A DNA stretch of 64,000 nt from an uncultured Ectothiorhodospiraceae bacterium. GTDB lineage: Bacteria; Pseudomonadota; Gammaproteobacteria; JAABTG01. The stretch's first letter is position 1, and each line of letters starts with the position of its first letter. The notes under the pieces were generated by a model. That model searched no databases. It saw nothing but the letters and a program-made list of their open reading frames with translations, and had not been told where the DNA came from. The position numbers and the translations under genes are program-made. The stretch covers positions 12,011-76,010 of the forward strand of contig CALMKJ010000156.1 of NCBI GenBank assembly GCA_937867305.1, in the 5' to 3' direction. Of the stretch, positions 44,930-53,273 are shown piece after piece.

Positions 44930-45177
44930 GCTCCTCGACGTCGGACACGACAGCCGTTCGGAGCGACGGGTGGTCGAGCCCGTACACCCGGATGCGGTTC
45001 CTCGCGTTCGGCATCGGGTTTGGGGGTCTCGTCCTGGGCGGGATCCTGTTCACGCTCGGGGTGGTGAAGGTCGGTGCCTGGTCGTTGACGTTCAACGTGG
45101 GTCTGATGCTGCTGATGTTCGGGTACGCCGGGCTCCGGATCGCCTCGTTGGCCAAGGAGTCCCGCCGGCCAGTCTGA
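44926..45177 (+). CDS. small membrane protein (83 aa, 2 TM)
   Basis: GTGA overlap with the upstream stop; tail of track ORF 44815..45177. Confidence 0.4.
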   Translation: MSSSTSDTTAVRSDGWSSPYTRMRFLAFGIGFGGLVLGGILFTLGVVKVGAWSLTFNVGLMLLMFGYAGLRIASLAKESRRPV

Positions 45178-45783
45178 TCAAGTGCCGGCTTCGGTGTCGG
45201 CGATGAGCCGTGCCACCTCGTGCACGTTGACGGGGGTGAAGTCCCACACGTCCACGCCGACGTTCACTCCGCGCTGGCGAACCGTGTACAGGTTGTGTAC
45301 GTGGCCATGGATCAGCCATCGGCCTTCGTCGCGGACCCGGAACTGGTTGTACCGGGCGTTGTCCATGTGGTCGGCCGTGTACGGGAAGTGGCTGAGCAGG
45401 ACCCGCCGCGGCGTGGCGGACGCCTTGACGGCGGGCAGGGTCAAGGTGGCGACGTCGACGACCGCGGTGAACCCGGCGTCAAGGTAGGACCGTTGGTGGG
45501 CCCATCCGTTGGTTTCGGTGACGGACGCCCGGTCGTGGTTGCCGAGCACGAGGACGTGTTCGCCGTTCAGGGACGTGACCGTCTCTGCCATGCGCCCGTT
45601 GTCGCGGGGCCCGAACCAGAAGTCGCCGAGGTGGAACGTCAGGTCGCCGGGTCCGACGACCTTGTTGTGTCGCCGGACGATCTCGGCGGTGGCGTGCTCG
45701 GAGGTCTCGAACGGCCGGTCGCAGAGCCGGTTGATGTTGTGGTGACCGTGGTGTTCGTCGGCGGTCAGGAACACGTTCGGCAT
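45178..45783 (-). CDS. calcineurin-like metallophosphoesterase
   Basis: Motifs DEHHGHHN, GDFWFG..R, GNHD, HGHVH in canonical order; internal ATG of track ORF 45178..46053; TGATG overlap with the upstream gene. Confidence 0.6.
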   Translation of the reverse strand: MPNVFLTADEHHGHHNINRLCDRPFETSEHATAEIVRRHNKVVGPGDLTFHLGDFWFGPRDNGRMAETVTSLNGEHVLVLGNHDRASVTETNGWAHQRSYLDAGFTAVVDVATLTLPAVKASATPRRVLLSHFPYTADHMDNARYNQFRVRDEGRWLIHGHVHNLYTVRQRGVNVGVDVWDFTPVNVHEVARLIADTEAGT

Positions 45784-46277
45784 CACTGTCCTGCTTCGGT
45801 GTCGGGGTCGTCGACGTGGTCGAAGGTCGCGATCTGGATGGCGGCGAGGCGTGCACGTTGCGCGGGGTCGAGGTAGCCGCTGCCTTTCGCGACCATGACG
45901 GCTTCGCGGACGGCGAGCCAGTCGTCGTGCCGCATCACCACGATGTCGGCGGTCGCGATGTGGCTGATGTGACCTGCCGCGGGTACGGGCACGGTGTCGT
46001 CGCCGACCCGGATGGTGGACACTTCGGCGGTCGTCCCCGTTTCTTCGGCCCACACGTCCTTCGCGGATCGGGTGCCGAACCGGGTGGCGACTCGTTCGCT
46101 GTTCTGCATGACGCGACGACCGTCGGCGTATTCGACGTCGAACCAGCCGTCGTCGCTGGCCCGGTACCGGTCGAGCCGGATCTTGCCGACCCGCATCTCG
46201 TTGGTGATGACGAGGAGGTTGTCGACGATCGGGACACCGTCGGCGGTGAGTCCAAGGTCAGGGTTTGGCGTGTTCAT
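45783..46277 (-). CDS. hypothetical protein (164 aa)
   Basis: Internal ATG (MNTPNPDLGL...) of track ORF 45783..46439, 8 nt after a full class-1 motif. Confidence 0.5.
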   Translation of the reverse strand: MNTPNPDLGLTADGVPIVDNLLVITNEMRVGKIRLDRYRASDDGWFDVEYADGRRVMQNSERVATRFGTRSAKDVWAEETGTTAEVSTIRVGDDTVPVPAAGHISHIATADIVVMRHDDWLAVREAVMVAKGSGYLDPAQRARLAAIQIATFDHVDDPDTEAGQ

Positions 46278-46280
46278 GCC

Positions 46281-46312
46281 TTGTCTGTGTGCGGGGCCGG
46301 CCGGTTCGTGCA
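46281..46312 (-). promoter_or_regulatory. class-1 bipartite motif (sense: GGTGCACGAACCGGCCGGCCCCGCACACAG) 8 nt upstream of the 45783..46277 start; an identical 30-mer recurs at about 46551..46582
   Basis: Exact 30-nt duplicate within 300 bp; same architecture as at least 16 other copies in the window. Confidence 0.45.
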
Positions 46313-46333
46313 CCGGTTCGGCGGGCTGAACCG

Positions 46334-46410
46334 GGTTCGCTCCGTGACCGCGGCCGGACTTGAACCGGCGACCCTCCGTCCTCGGGACGGTGTGCACCAC
46401 CAACAGGCGA
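46334..46410 (-). tRNA. degenerate tRNA-like sequence (intact acceptor stem and T-arm, aberrant D and anticodon arms); probable pseudo-tRNA or tRNA-derived remnant
   Basis: Reverse complement reads GGCCGCG CA GGTCGCCTGTTGGTGGTGCACACCGTCCCGAGGACGGAGGGTC GCCGG TTCAAGT CCGGC CGCGGTC A. It has a 7-bp acceptor stem with one G-U pair and a canonical T-loop, but no canonical 7-nt anticodon loop. Coordinates are +/-2. Confidence 0.3.
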
Positions 46411-46942
46411 CCTGCGCGGCCACGGAGCGAGTTCCCCACGAGGGGTCGGCGTGGGTGCCGTCGAGCTGTGCGGACTCGGCGCGCGTACGTCGCGCCTCAT
46501 CCTTGCAGGCTCGCTCTGCAAGTTCTGGTTAGTCGGATCGCGGTGCGTTCACGTTCAACCTGTGTGCGGGGCCGGCCGGTTCGTGCACCGGTCCGGCACA
46601 CGCAGGCTTGTCACCCAAGCGCGACTGGCTCCGGCGGACGCCGTTCCCATCCGGGTCGCCGCGGCGCGTTGAGCCGCTTCCCTGCCTCGAGGAGGACCCC
46701 GCCCCACACACCCCATTCCTGCCGTTGGAGCCCGAGTTGCAGGCATACGAGCCGGGCGGGGCAGGCGACGCAGTACGACTTCGCGTTGGCAAGCTCGATG
46801 ACGTTGTCGGGGTCGAAGATGCGCGGGTCTGCCCCCACACACGCCCATTCGAGGGAACGGTCGTGTGGCGTCGGGTGTTGTGACGCGATCTGGTGCGCTT
46901 TCGTGGCCATGCTGACGTTCACCTCCTTCGGGTTTGCGGGTT

Positions 46943-47015
46943 GTACGCCATCGGGGACTCGAACCCCGAGCCCTCGGATTAAAAGTCCGCTGCTCTACCC
47001 ATTGAGCTAATGGCG
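46943..47015 (-). tRNA. tRNA-Lys: tRNA-Lys (anticodon UUU)
   Basis: Reverse complement reads GCGCCAT TA GCTC AATGGGTA GAGC A GCGGA CTTTTAA TCCGA GGGCT CGGGG TTCGAGT CCCCG ATGGCGT A. It has a canonical cloverleaf with U33, anticodon UUU, A37, a TPsiC loop and discriminator A. A class-1 motif lies 20 nt upstream of the 5' end, with a class-2 motif further upstream. Coordinates are +/-1. Confidence 0.75.
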
Positions 47016-47028
47016 CGTGTTGACACCT

Positions 47029-47066
47029 TGATGGTGTGCGGGGTGCCCCGTCGCGTGCACCCGAAC
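47029..47066 (-). promoter_or_regulatory. class-1 motif (GGTGCACG-N12-CCCCGCACACC) 20 nt upstream of the tRNA-Lys 5' end
   Basis: Shows that the motif also precedes non-coding genes, so it behaves as a promoter rather than a translation signal. Confidence 0.45.
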
Positions 47067-47457
47067 CAGACCTGTGCCACCACCGGGTGGCCACGTGGAA
47101 GAAGGGGCGTGGTGGCTGTTCCCGCAACCGGGTGCAGTCCCTTTCGAGGCCCGCTCCGGCACGGCCGCTAAGCCGTACCGGTCAGCCCACCACTGGCGCA
47201 CATCCTTCGCCTTGCCGAGTTGTTCGTCCTCGCTTCACCCGCCGGTGAAGTCTGGTCCGCTCGGTCGCGACGCCATCTGTGCGCCGCACCCCGGATCGGG
47301 TCCGGGTACTGGTTCCGGCTGCGTACCGGGCCTCCACCAGCAGGCGCTCCGACGAGTCGGACCGGGATGTTGAGTCCCGGCGTGCTTTCTCCCGCGCACG
47401 GCTACGGCCTCCGCCTAGTTCCCCGGTTGCGAACCGGTTCTGCATGAGGTGACGCAG

Positions 47458-47530
47458 TGGGGCTGGGGAGTCTTGAACTCCCGACCTCCTGCGCTTGCCG
47501 CAGGCGCTCTACCAACTGAGCTACAGCCTC
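47458..47530 (-). tRNA. tRNA-like sequence with noncanonical anticodon loop (GGCAAGC, G at position 33) and an A-C mismatch in the acceptor stem; possible pseudo-tRNA
   Basis: Reverse complement reads GAGGCTG TA GCTC AGTTGGTA GAGC G CCTGC GGCAAGC GCAGG AGGTC GGGAG TTCAAGA CTCCC CAGCCCC A. The D-arm and T-arm are canonical. A class-1 motif lies about 48 nt upstream. Confidence 0.35.
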
Positions 47531-47632
47531 TTCAACAGGTACTGCGTGCGGCGGCTCGGGGACCACCTTTGCTGCCGTACAACCTACCTGTGTGCGGGAA
47601 CTCCCGGTTCGTGCACCGTTACGCTGCCGGTC

Positions 47633-47902
47633 ATGGCGTTGATGCCCAACGAGCTGAGGACCTTGGACCGGCACGCGCGCGGCGTCGGTCGGCGCATCGG
47701 GCACTCGATGCGTGTCTTCGTGCCGTCGAACGAGGAGTACCTGGCGTTGACGGTGCTGCACGACGGCGTCGAATGGTCGTTGGTGGGCCCGTCCCGGGTG
47801 GACAACGACTTGGTAGCCCACGACATCGACGCGACGTTGTGGTTGCTGTCGGTTGGGGCGTGCCGGATCGAGTCGACTGACGATGGGCCCCGGATCGCCT
47901 GA
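47633..47902 (+). CDS. hypothetical protein (89 aa)
   Basis: Internal ATG of track ORF 47495..47902; normal composition (VFVPSNEEYLALTVLHDGVEWSLVG); no recognisable RBS or motif. Confidence 0.3.
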   Translation: MALMPNELRTLDRHARGVGRRIGHSMRVFVPSNEEYLALTVLHDGVEWSLVGPSRVDNDLVAHDIDATLWLLSVGACRIESTDDGPRIA

Positions 47903-47935
47903 GCGTCACCCGCCTTCCCCGCACACCTCGGGGGC

Positions 47936-48871
47936 ATGAGCTTCAATCACGCGAACACGGTGTGGCAGTCACCGGACGGCACCTGGAACCGGGGCTTCCA
48001 CCCGGTCGACTACTACGAGTGCGGCATGTCGGACGACTGCGACGACGAGACCCATGAGTGGTGCGCGGTGTTCGACGACGACTCGTTCGAGTGGGTCTCG
48101 GGCGGGCACCGGACCGTCGACGAGGCGTACGCCTCGTGGGACGGCGCCAACCCGGGCAGCGCGGAGCAACGGGCCCCGTACGCGAAGCAGGACGAGGCGG
48201 GTCGTCGTGACATCGAGCGGTTGGAGGACATGGCCGCGAGGCTGTGCGAGAGGAACCCTCAGTGGTCGTATCGGGGTCCGCGGAGGCAGCGGACGTTGGC
48301 TGCGGTCGCGGCCCAGCGCAACGAGGTCGAGAGCGCCCAGTTCGGGTACCGGTTGGGCGGCTACGCCAACGACGTGACCGAGGAGTTGAAGGCCCTGAAC
48401 GATCGTGTTGTTGAGCGGTTGACGAGTGCCACCGACGATGAGAAGCGCGCCTACTTGGATCTGCAACGCGACCGCCGGGACGGTCTGCAGAAGATGTTGG
48501 ACGAGCATCTGGACCGGCGCCGGAAGCAGATCGTCCGGGACCGTCGGTACACCTTCTCGTCGTACCCCAGCCCGGAGTCGGCGGGCCGGCTGGCCGCTGT
48601 GTCGAAGGCTGAGGACGACGTAGCGAAGCGCATCGCGGCGATCGACCGAACACGGGCGCGGCAGCGTCAGGAGTTCTTCGAGCAGCCGACACCCAAGCCG
48701 GCTACCGCACCGGCCAAGAAGACGGCCGTCAAGAAGGCACCAGCGACGACACCGGCGCCGGCGAACCGGGGGAAGACGACCGCGGCGTCGACACCAGGGT
48801 CGTTCGCACCGAAAGCACTGGGCGAGGGCGACGTGGTGCTCATCGACGACCTGTGGGACGCCCCGAACTGA
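47936..48871 (+). CDS. hypothetical protein (311 aa) with Lys/Ala/Pro-rich tail ending RGKTTAASTPGSFAPK...
   Basis: Track ORF; class-1 motif CCCCGCACACC 9 nt upstream; C-terminal tail shared with the next gene. Confidence 0.5.
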   Translation: MSFNHANTVWQSPDGTWNRGFHPVDYYECGMSDDCDDETHEWCAVFDDDSFEWVSGGHRTVDEAYASWDGANPGSAEQRAPYAKQDEAGRRDIERLEDMAARLCERNPQWSYRGPRRQRTLAAVAAQRNEVESAQFGYRLGGYANDVTEELKALNDRVVERLTSATDDEKRAYLDLQRDRRDGLQKMLDEHLDRRRKQIVRDRRYTFSSYPSPESAGRLAAVSKAEDDVAKRIAAIDRTRARQRQEFFEQPTPKPATAPAKKTAVKKAPATTPAPANRGKTTAASTPGSFAPKALGEGDVVLIDDLWDAPN

Positions 48872-48889
48872 CAACGAAGGGACACAGAC

Positions 48890-49741
48890 ATGAGCAACTA
48901 CGAGTGGGAGCGCGGCACTTTCAAGCTGCCGTCGGCGGAGTTCGCCGGGTTCCGGCAGGCGGTTCAGGAATACGACCGGGCACGCAAAGAGAAGGTGTTC
49001 GCGTTGACCCAGCGGTTCTGGAAAGGACTGACCCGTAGAGAGCAGACGGATGTGGCGGCGTACCGGGATGCGCTGAGCAGATACGTGTACGGCCACTACT
49101 CCAACGGGTCCGCGTCCTCGGTTCCTGACCCGTTGACCGAAGACGTGTACGCCAAACTGCTCGTGTTCGACACGAAGCCCCGACGGGTGCTCGCCTCCGA
49201 CATGGACTACCCGACGAACCGGTCGACCGTGTTCCGTGACGGTGAAGCGACGGTGTCGTTCGACAAGGACGCGAAGACGGTCACCTGGGACGTTGATGAG
49301 AACAACCATGCCGTGGACTCGGCTCACGAAACCGAGTTGTGGCGGGTGTTCAGCGACCGCATGGGTAAGGTGCGGTGGACTCACGGCACCGGCGGGTCGA
49401 TGGCGTACCACTCGGAGTACGACGACGACTACGAGGTGGGTGGTGGCGCCAACACGTGCTCTGGTGCGTACGGCTACCTGGGGATCGCGGAGAACCCGCA
49501 TCATGTACGCCCGTTCGTCAACGCGAAAGGCCAGAACATCGGGGTGGACGTGAAGTTCTCCCGCTACGGCACTGTGGTCGGCAAGCCTGTCGTGATGGAC
49601 CGGTTCGGGCGGCCGATCCGGAAGCCGGCGTCTCGTCCGGCCGGTGGTGGCGCCCCGGGTCGAGGCAAAACGACCGCGAAGTCGACGCCCGGGTCGTTCG
49701 CCCCGACACAGCGAGGCGAAGGCTCCGACGTCCGCCTCTGA
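48890..49741 (+). CDS. hypothetical protein (283 aa) with C-terminal RGKTTAKSTPGSFAPTQRGEG tail
   Basis: Track ORF; tail paralogous to the 47936..48871 tail. Confidence 0.5.
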   Translation: MSNYEWERGTFKLPSAEFAGFRQAVQEYDRARKEKVFALTQRFWKGLTRREQTDVAAYRDALSRYVYGHYSNGSASSVPDPLTEDVYAKLLVFDTKPRRVLASDMDYPTNRSTVFRDGEATVSFDKDAKTVTWDVDENNHAVDSAHETELWRVFSDRMGKVRWTHGTGGSMAYHSEYDDDYEVGGGANTCSGAYGYLGIAENPHHVRPFVNAKGQNIGVDVKFSRYGTVVGKPVVMDRFGRPIRKPASRPAGGGAPGRGKTTAKSTPGSFAPTQRGEGSDVRL

Positions 49742-49770
49742 CCGGGGTGACGAGGAGAAGGAGCGTGGCC

Positions 49771-50334
49771 ATGAGTGTGCGGCGAGGGGATCTCGGGCAA
49801 CCAGGCAACAAGGGCTGGTTCGCCTCGTACGCCGCACCCGAACCGACCGGTGTCGACCTGGTCGACGACTCCTCCCTGTTCGCTGACCCGGAGTCGTTGA
49901 CCCCGGACGAGGCGTTCGACATGGTCTGCGACCCGGACCTGATCGACCGGTACACGCTCGGCGACTGTGCGGTCCTGGCTGACGCGGTCGCACGCCGCAA
50001 CGGATGGGGCGTCGTGGTCGTGGGCCGGCTCGAGGAGAGCGAATGGGGCGGTGACGTCGAGTACGAGGTCGAGACGCTGATCCACGCCTGGGCACGGCGC
50101 CCTGACGGTGCCCTCGTCGACATTCGGGGCGTGCACCCGCCGGATGTCGCGGAACGCCGTGCCGCCGACTGGGGTGTGGATGTGCACACGTACACCACGG
50201 CAGACGACCACGCCGCCCAATGGGACCCCGACCAGTGGGTCGACGACGACGAGGACACGGAGGTGGCTCGACTGGTCGCCGGGCTCGTGTCCCGGTTCGG
50301 GGCCGTGTACGAGGCCGGGCACGTCGAAGAATGA
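49771..50334 (+). CDS. hypothetical protein (187 aa)
   Basis: Internal ATG of track ORF 49375..50334 with a strong GAGGAGAAGGAG RBS. Confidence 0.5.
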   Translation: MSVRRGDLGQPGNKGWFASYAAPEPTGVDLVDDSSLFADPESLTPDEAFDMVCDPDLIDRYTLGDCAVLADAVARRNGWGVVVVGRLEESEWGGDVEYEVETLIHAWARRPDGALVDIRGVHPPDVAERRAADWGVDVHTYTTADDHAAQWDPDQWVDDDEDTEVARLVAGLVSRFGAVYEAGHVEE

Positions 50335-50369
50335 CCCGGTGTTCCCGGTGTGGTGGCACAGGAACAGAC

Positions 50370-51293
50370 ATGAAGCGTTTCCTGCCTGCCCTCCTGGCCG
50401 TCTACGCCCTCACCTTGACCGGGTGCGGGGACGACGAGCCGGGGACGACGACCGTGACGTTGCCGTCTGTGACCGTGGCGCCGACCGTCGAGCCGAGCCT
50501 GCTGGACTTGGACGGCTCCGCGTCTGCGTCGCCGACCGACCCGGCCGAGACGGAGACTGAAGCTTCCGGGTCGACCGACCTGGACGCCCAGGTGCTCGTG
50601 GACGCACTCGTTGACACCCGCACCGACACCGACGGCGACCGGGTGTGGCTGGGTGCCCGGCACGGGGAGAAGGCCGCCCGTGCACTCGGGGTCTCGTTGA
50701 GCCCCGGCAACAGCGCCCTGCTGGTGGCTGACGTGGACGGGCTGCGCTTCGTGTGCGTGGAGGCCGGCGAGCAGGCCGGGTACACGTTCGTGACCGCGAC
50801 CGAGGACGCGGAGGCGTTCCGCACCGGCGAAGGCGGTTGCCCCGAGGCTGACATCGAGGCGGTTCGTTCACTGGCCGACTTGTCGTCGAGGGTCGCCGAG
50901 GCGAAGACGGACGCGAAGGAAGCCCGGCAGGCGCAGAAGGCGGCCGAAGCCCGGCAGACCCGCAAGGCGGAGCGCCGAAAGGTGGTCGAAGAGCTGGAAG
51001 CCGCGGAGGCGTTGGAGGTCGCGGTGTCCTCGGACGCCCGTATGGTCGGCGCCCTGTTGGCGTTGGACCTGCGCGACGCGAACCAGGTGCCGACTGTGGG
51101 GTCCAACCTGGCCGGCCGGGTCACCAACATGCTCTCCATGTACGGGCTCAGCCTGGCCGGCGACAACAGCCTCGGGTACGCGAAGGCGGTGCGCGCCGGT
51201 TTCGCTGTGTGTGTGGAAGCCGGGGACGAGGGGCCGTCGGCGAGCTTCACCACTGGGAACAGCCGGCTGGTGGCCAGCGAAGCGGCCTGCTGA
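50370..51293 (+). CDS. lipoprotein (lipobox LTLTGC), Ala/Lys/Glu-rich C-terminal region
   Basis: MKRFLPALLAVYALTLTGCGDDEP signal peptide plus lipobox; ATG 6 nt after class-2 motif GTGGTGGCACAGG. Confidence 0.55.
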   Translation: MKRFLPALLAVYALTLTGCGDDEPGTTTVTLPSVTVAPTVEPSLLDLDGSASASPTDPAETETEASGSTDLDAQVLVDALVDTRTDTDGDRVWLGARHGEKAARALGVSLSPGNSALLVADVDGLRFVCVEAGEQAGYTFVTATEDAEAFRTGEGGCPEADIEAVRSLADLSSRVAEAKTDAKEARQAQKAAEARQTRKAERRKVVEELEAAEALEVAVSSDARMVGALLALDLRDANQVPTVGSNLAGRVTNMLSMYGLSLAGDNSLGYAKAVRAGFAVCVEAGDEGPSASFTTGNSRLVASEAAC

Positions 51294-51332
51294 CCCGGAG
51301 CGGGCGGCGCATCTCCCGCACACCGCACCGGC

Positions 51333-52391
51333 ATGAGCACCATACAGATCAGTCCGGGCGCGGCGTCGGCCCGTGAAGCGGCCCGGAAGCCGAACGGCAA
51401 GTTCGGTGAGCAGGAGCACGACGAGTCCGGGGTCCCGTTGGACGTGCCGGGTCGGGCGTTCAGCCCGTCCGAGACGTTCACCCGCCGGTACGAGTCGGTG
51501 GACGAGAAGGTCGCGGCGTTCAAGGTCGAGATCGACCGTGCGGTGGAGTCGCTCGCCGATGACGAGAACTGGCTCGACTACCTGGACATGGCGTCGAAGT
51601 TCTACCGCTACTCCCCCACGAACCAGTTGTTGATCGCGATCCAGACCGGTGGTCGGGCAACCCAGGTCGCGGGGTTCCGGAAGTGGAAGGACGAGTTCGG
51701 CCGCACGGTCAAGAAAGGTGAGAAGGCGATCGGCATCTTGGCGCCGCGGGTCGTCAACGTGACCGAGAAGGACGCCGGTGGGGCACCGGTGAAAGGACCG
51801 GACGGCAAACCGGTGAAGCGCCGGCAGGTGGTCGGGTTCACGACGGCGTCGGTGTTCGACGTGTCCCAGACCGAAGGCGACCCGTTGCCGGAGCTCGAAC
51901 GCGAGCTGTCCGACGACCCGCCTGAAGGGTTCCTCGACGACTTGGAGGCTGCCGCGAAGGCAGCCGGGTACACGGTCGAGTACCGCGAGATGAACTCGCA
52001 CTCGAACCGTACCGCGCAGGGCTGGACGGACCCGAAGAGCAAGGTCATCGTGGTTGACTCCGCGCTGAGCCGCGGCTCCGTCGCGGCGACCCTCGCGCAC
52101 GAGATCGGGCACGTGTACGCCGGGCATTGCGACCCTGAGAACGACGGGAAGTACCACGTCGGCGAAGGCGGGTGCCGGGGCCGGTTCGAGGTGGAAGCCG
52201 ACTCGGTCGCGTACGTGGTCCAGCGCGCCAACGGGGTGTACCCGGGCCAGGCGACGAAGCTGACAGCCCAGTACGTGGCCGGGTGGTCGCGGCACGACAA
52301 GGACGCGTTGCGTGAGTCCGCCGACGCGGTCTCGAAAGCGTCGAAGGCGATCCTGTCCGCAGTCCCGTTCCGGTCCGTTCAGGACGCCTGA
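51333..52391 (+). CDS. ardC: ArdC-like antirestriction protein (N-terminal ssDNA-binding ArdC domain plus C-terminal HExxH zincin-like metallopeptidase)
   Basis: FYRYSPTNQLLIAIQTGGRATQVAGFRKWKDEFGRTVKKGEKAIGILAP matches the ArdC N-domain pattern; TLAHEIGHVYAGHCD is an HExxH motif; class-1 motif CCCGCACACC 9 nt upstream. Confidence 0.6.
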   Translation: MSTIQISPGAASAREAARKPNGKFGEQEHDESGVPLDVPGRAFSPSETFTRRYESVDEKVAAFKVEIDRAVESLADDENWLDYLDMASKFYRYSPTNQLLIAIQTGGRATQVAGFRKWKDEFGRTVKKGEKAIGILAPRVVNVTEKDAGGAPVKGPDGKPVKRRQVVGFTTASVFDVSQTEGDPLPELERELSDDPPEGFLDDLEAAAKAAGYTVEYREMNSHSNRTAQGWTDPKSKVIVVDSALSRGSVAATLAHEIGHVYAGHCDPENDGKYHVGEGGCRGRFEVEADSVAYVVQRANGVYPGQATKLTAQYVAGWSRHDKDALRESADAVSKASKAILSAVPFRSVQDA

Positions 52392-53071
52392 TGGGTTTGA
52401 CGAAGACCGCCCGCCAGGTGAACTGGTTCGCACCGTCTGCGTGCGCCCGAGAAGACGTGAGCCTCGACGGTGCGCGTCACCGGAACCGTGCCCACCTGAA
52501 CACGGTGGTCGCCTCCCCTGGTGCCGGCTCATCGTGGGGTGTGTTGGCTGCCGACTACGACGACCAGGCGACCGGGTGGCCGGAGTGGTCCGGTTCTCAG
52601 GCCGGGTACACCGACACGGTGAGGGGCGCTCTCGGGTACCTGGACTGGTTCGGGGCGCTGCCCGCGGACCCGCTGGTCCTCGAGGTGGGTGCCGGGTCCG
52701 GTGAGGCGTCGGCGGTGTTGGCTGGGCGGTTCGGCCGGCTCGTCGTCAGCGACGTGTCCGCGAAGATGCTGAACCAGGTCACGACCCCCGGTGTGCCGCG
52801 TGTGGTCGCCGACGTACGCCGGCTCCCGTTCGACTCGCAGTCGGTCGACCTGGTGGTCGGGCTGAACGCGGTCCCGCACGCTGCGGAGATCGGCCGGGTG
52901 TTGAAACCGAACGGTTGTGTCGCCTGGTGCGCGTCGTTCTGGCGCCATACCCCGCTGTACGTCGACCCGGAAGCTCTTGCCGGCGAGCTTGGCCCGCGGT
53001 GGCGTGGTGTCGCCCGCCGGGTGGGGCCTGGGTCGTGGTCCGTGTTCCACCGCCAACCGAGGAGTGTGTGA
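52391..53071 (+). CDS. class I SAM-dependent methyltransferase
   Basis: Motif I LVLEVGAGSGEAS and post-I acidic residue (VVSDVS); motif IV-like DLVVGLNAV; TGATG overlap with the ardC-like stop. Confidence 0.5.
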   Translation: MGLTKTARQVNWFAPSACAREDVSLDGARHRNRAHLNTVVASPGAGSSWGVLAADYDDQATGWPEWSGSQAGYTDTVRGALGYLDWFGALPADPLVLEVGAGSGEASAVLAGRFGRLVVSDVSAKMLNQVTTPGVPRVVADVRRLPFDSQSVDLVVGLNAVPHAAEIGRVLKPNGCVAWCASFWRHTPLYVDPEALAGELGPRWRGVARRVGPGSWSVFHRQPRSV

Positions 53072-53229
53072 TGGTCGAGGTCTACGACGAGGTCACCGAT
53101 GTGGTACTCGTGTTCGATTCGCTGGCCCGTGCCGAGACGTTCGCGTTGACCGGGCAACCGACCTGGTCGGGTACGAGGGCGCCGCACCCGGCGGACCGGT
53201 TCGTGGTCACCTTGTCGAGCGTGTACTGA
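53071..53229 (+). CDS. small hypothetical protein (52 aa)
   Basis: GAGGAG RBS, TGATG coupling; tail of track ORF 52915..53229. Confidence 0.3.
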   Translation: MVEVYDEVTDVVLVFDSLARAETFALTGQPTWSGTRAPHPADRFVVTLSSVY

Positions 53230-53273
53230 CCGGCCGGGAGCATCAACGGCCCTGACCCGCACACCAGGATGGT

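Noticed and set aside
47458-47530. Assigning the second tRNA-like sequence as tRNA-Leu(CAA)
   Set aside because: The anticodon-loop reading CAA requires G at positions 32 and 33. The variable arm is short (class I), which is incompatible with tRNA-Leu. Kept only as a tRNA-like or pseudo-tRNA.
12855-50358. TGGCAC in the class-2 motif as a sigma-54 (-24/-12) promoter
   Set aside because: The required TTGC(A) element is not present 4-5 nt downstream of TGGCAC in any copy. The motif abuts start codons instead. The high-GC Gram-positive lineages with this GC content generally lack sigma-54.
47969-52532. 800-aa, 554-aa and 381-aa minus-strand ORFs (47969..50371, 50868..52532, 49518..50663)
   Set aside because: Antisense to the plus-strand gene series at 47936..52391, which has motifs, RBSs and recognisable domains. 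The translations are Arg-rich.
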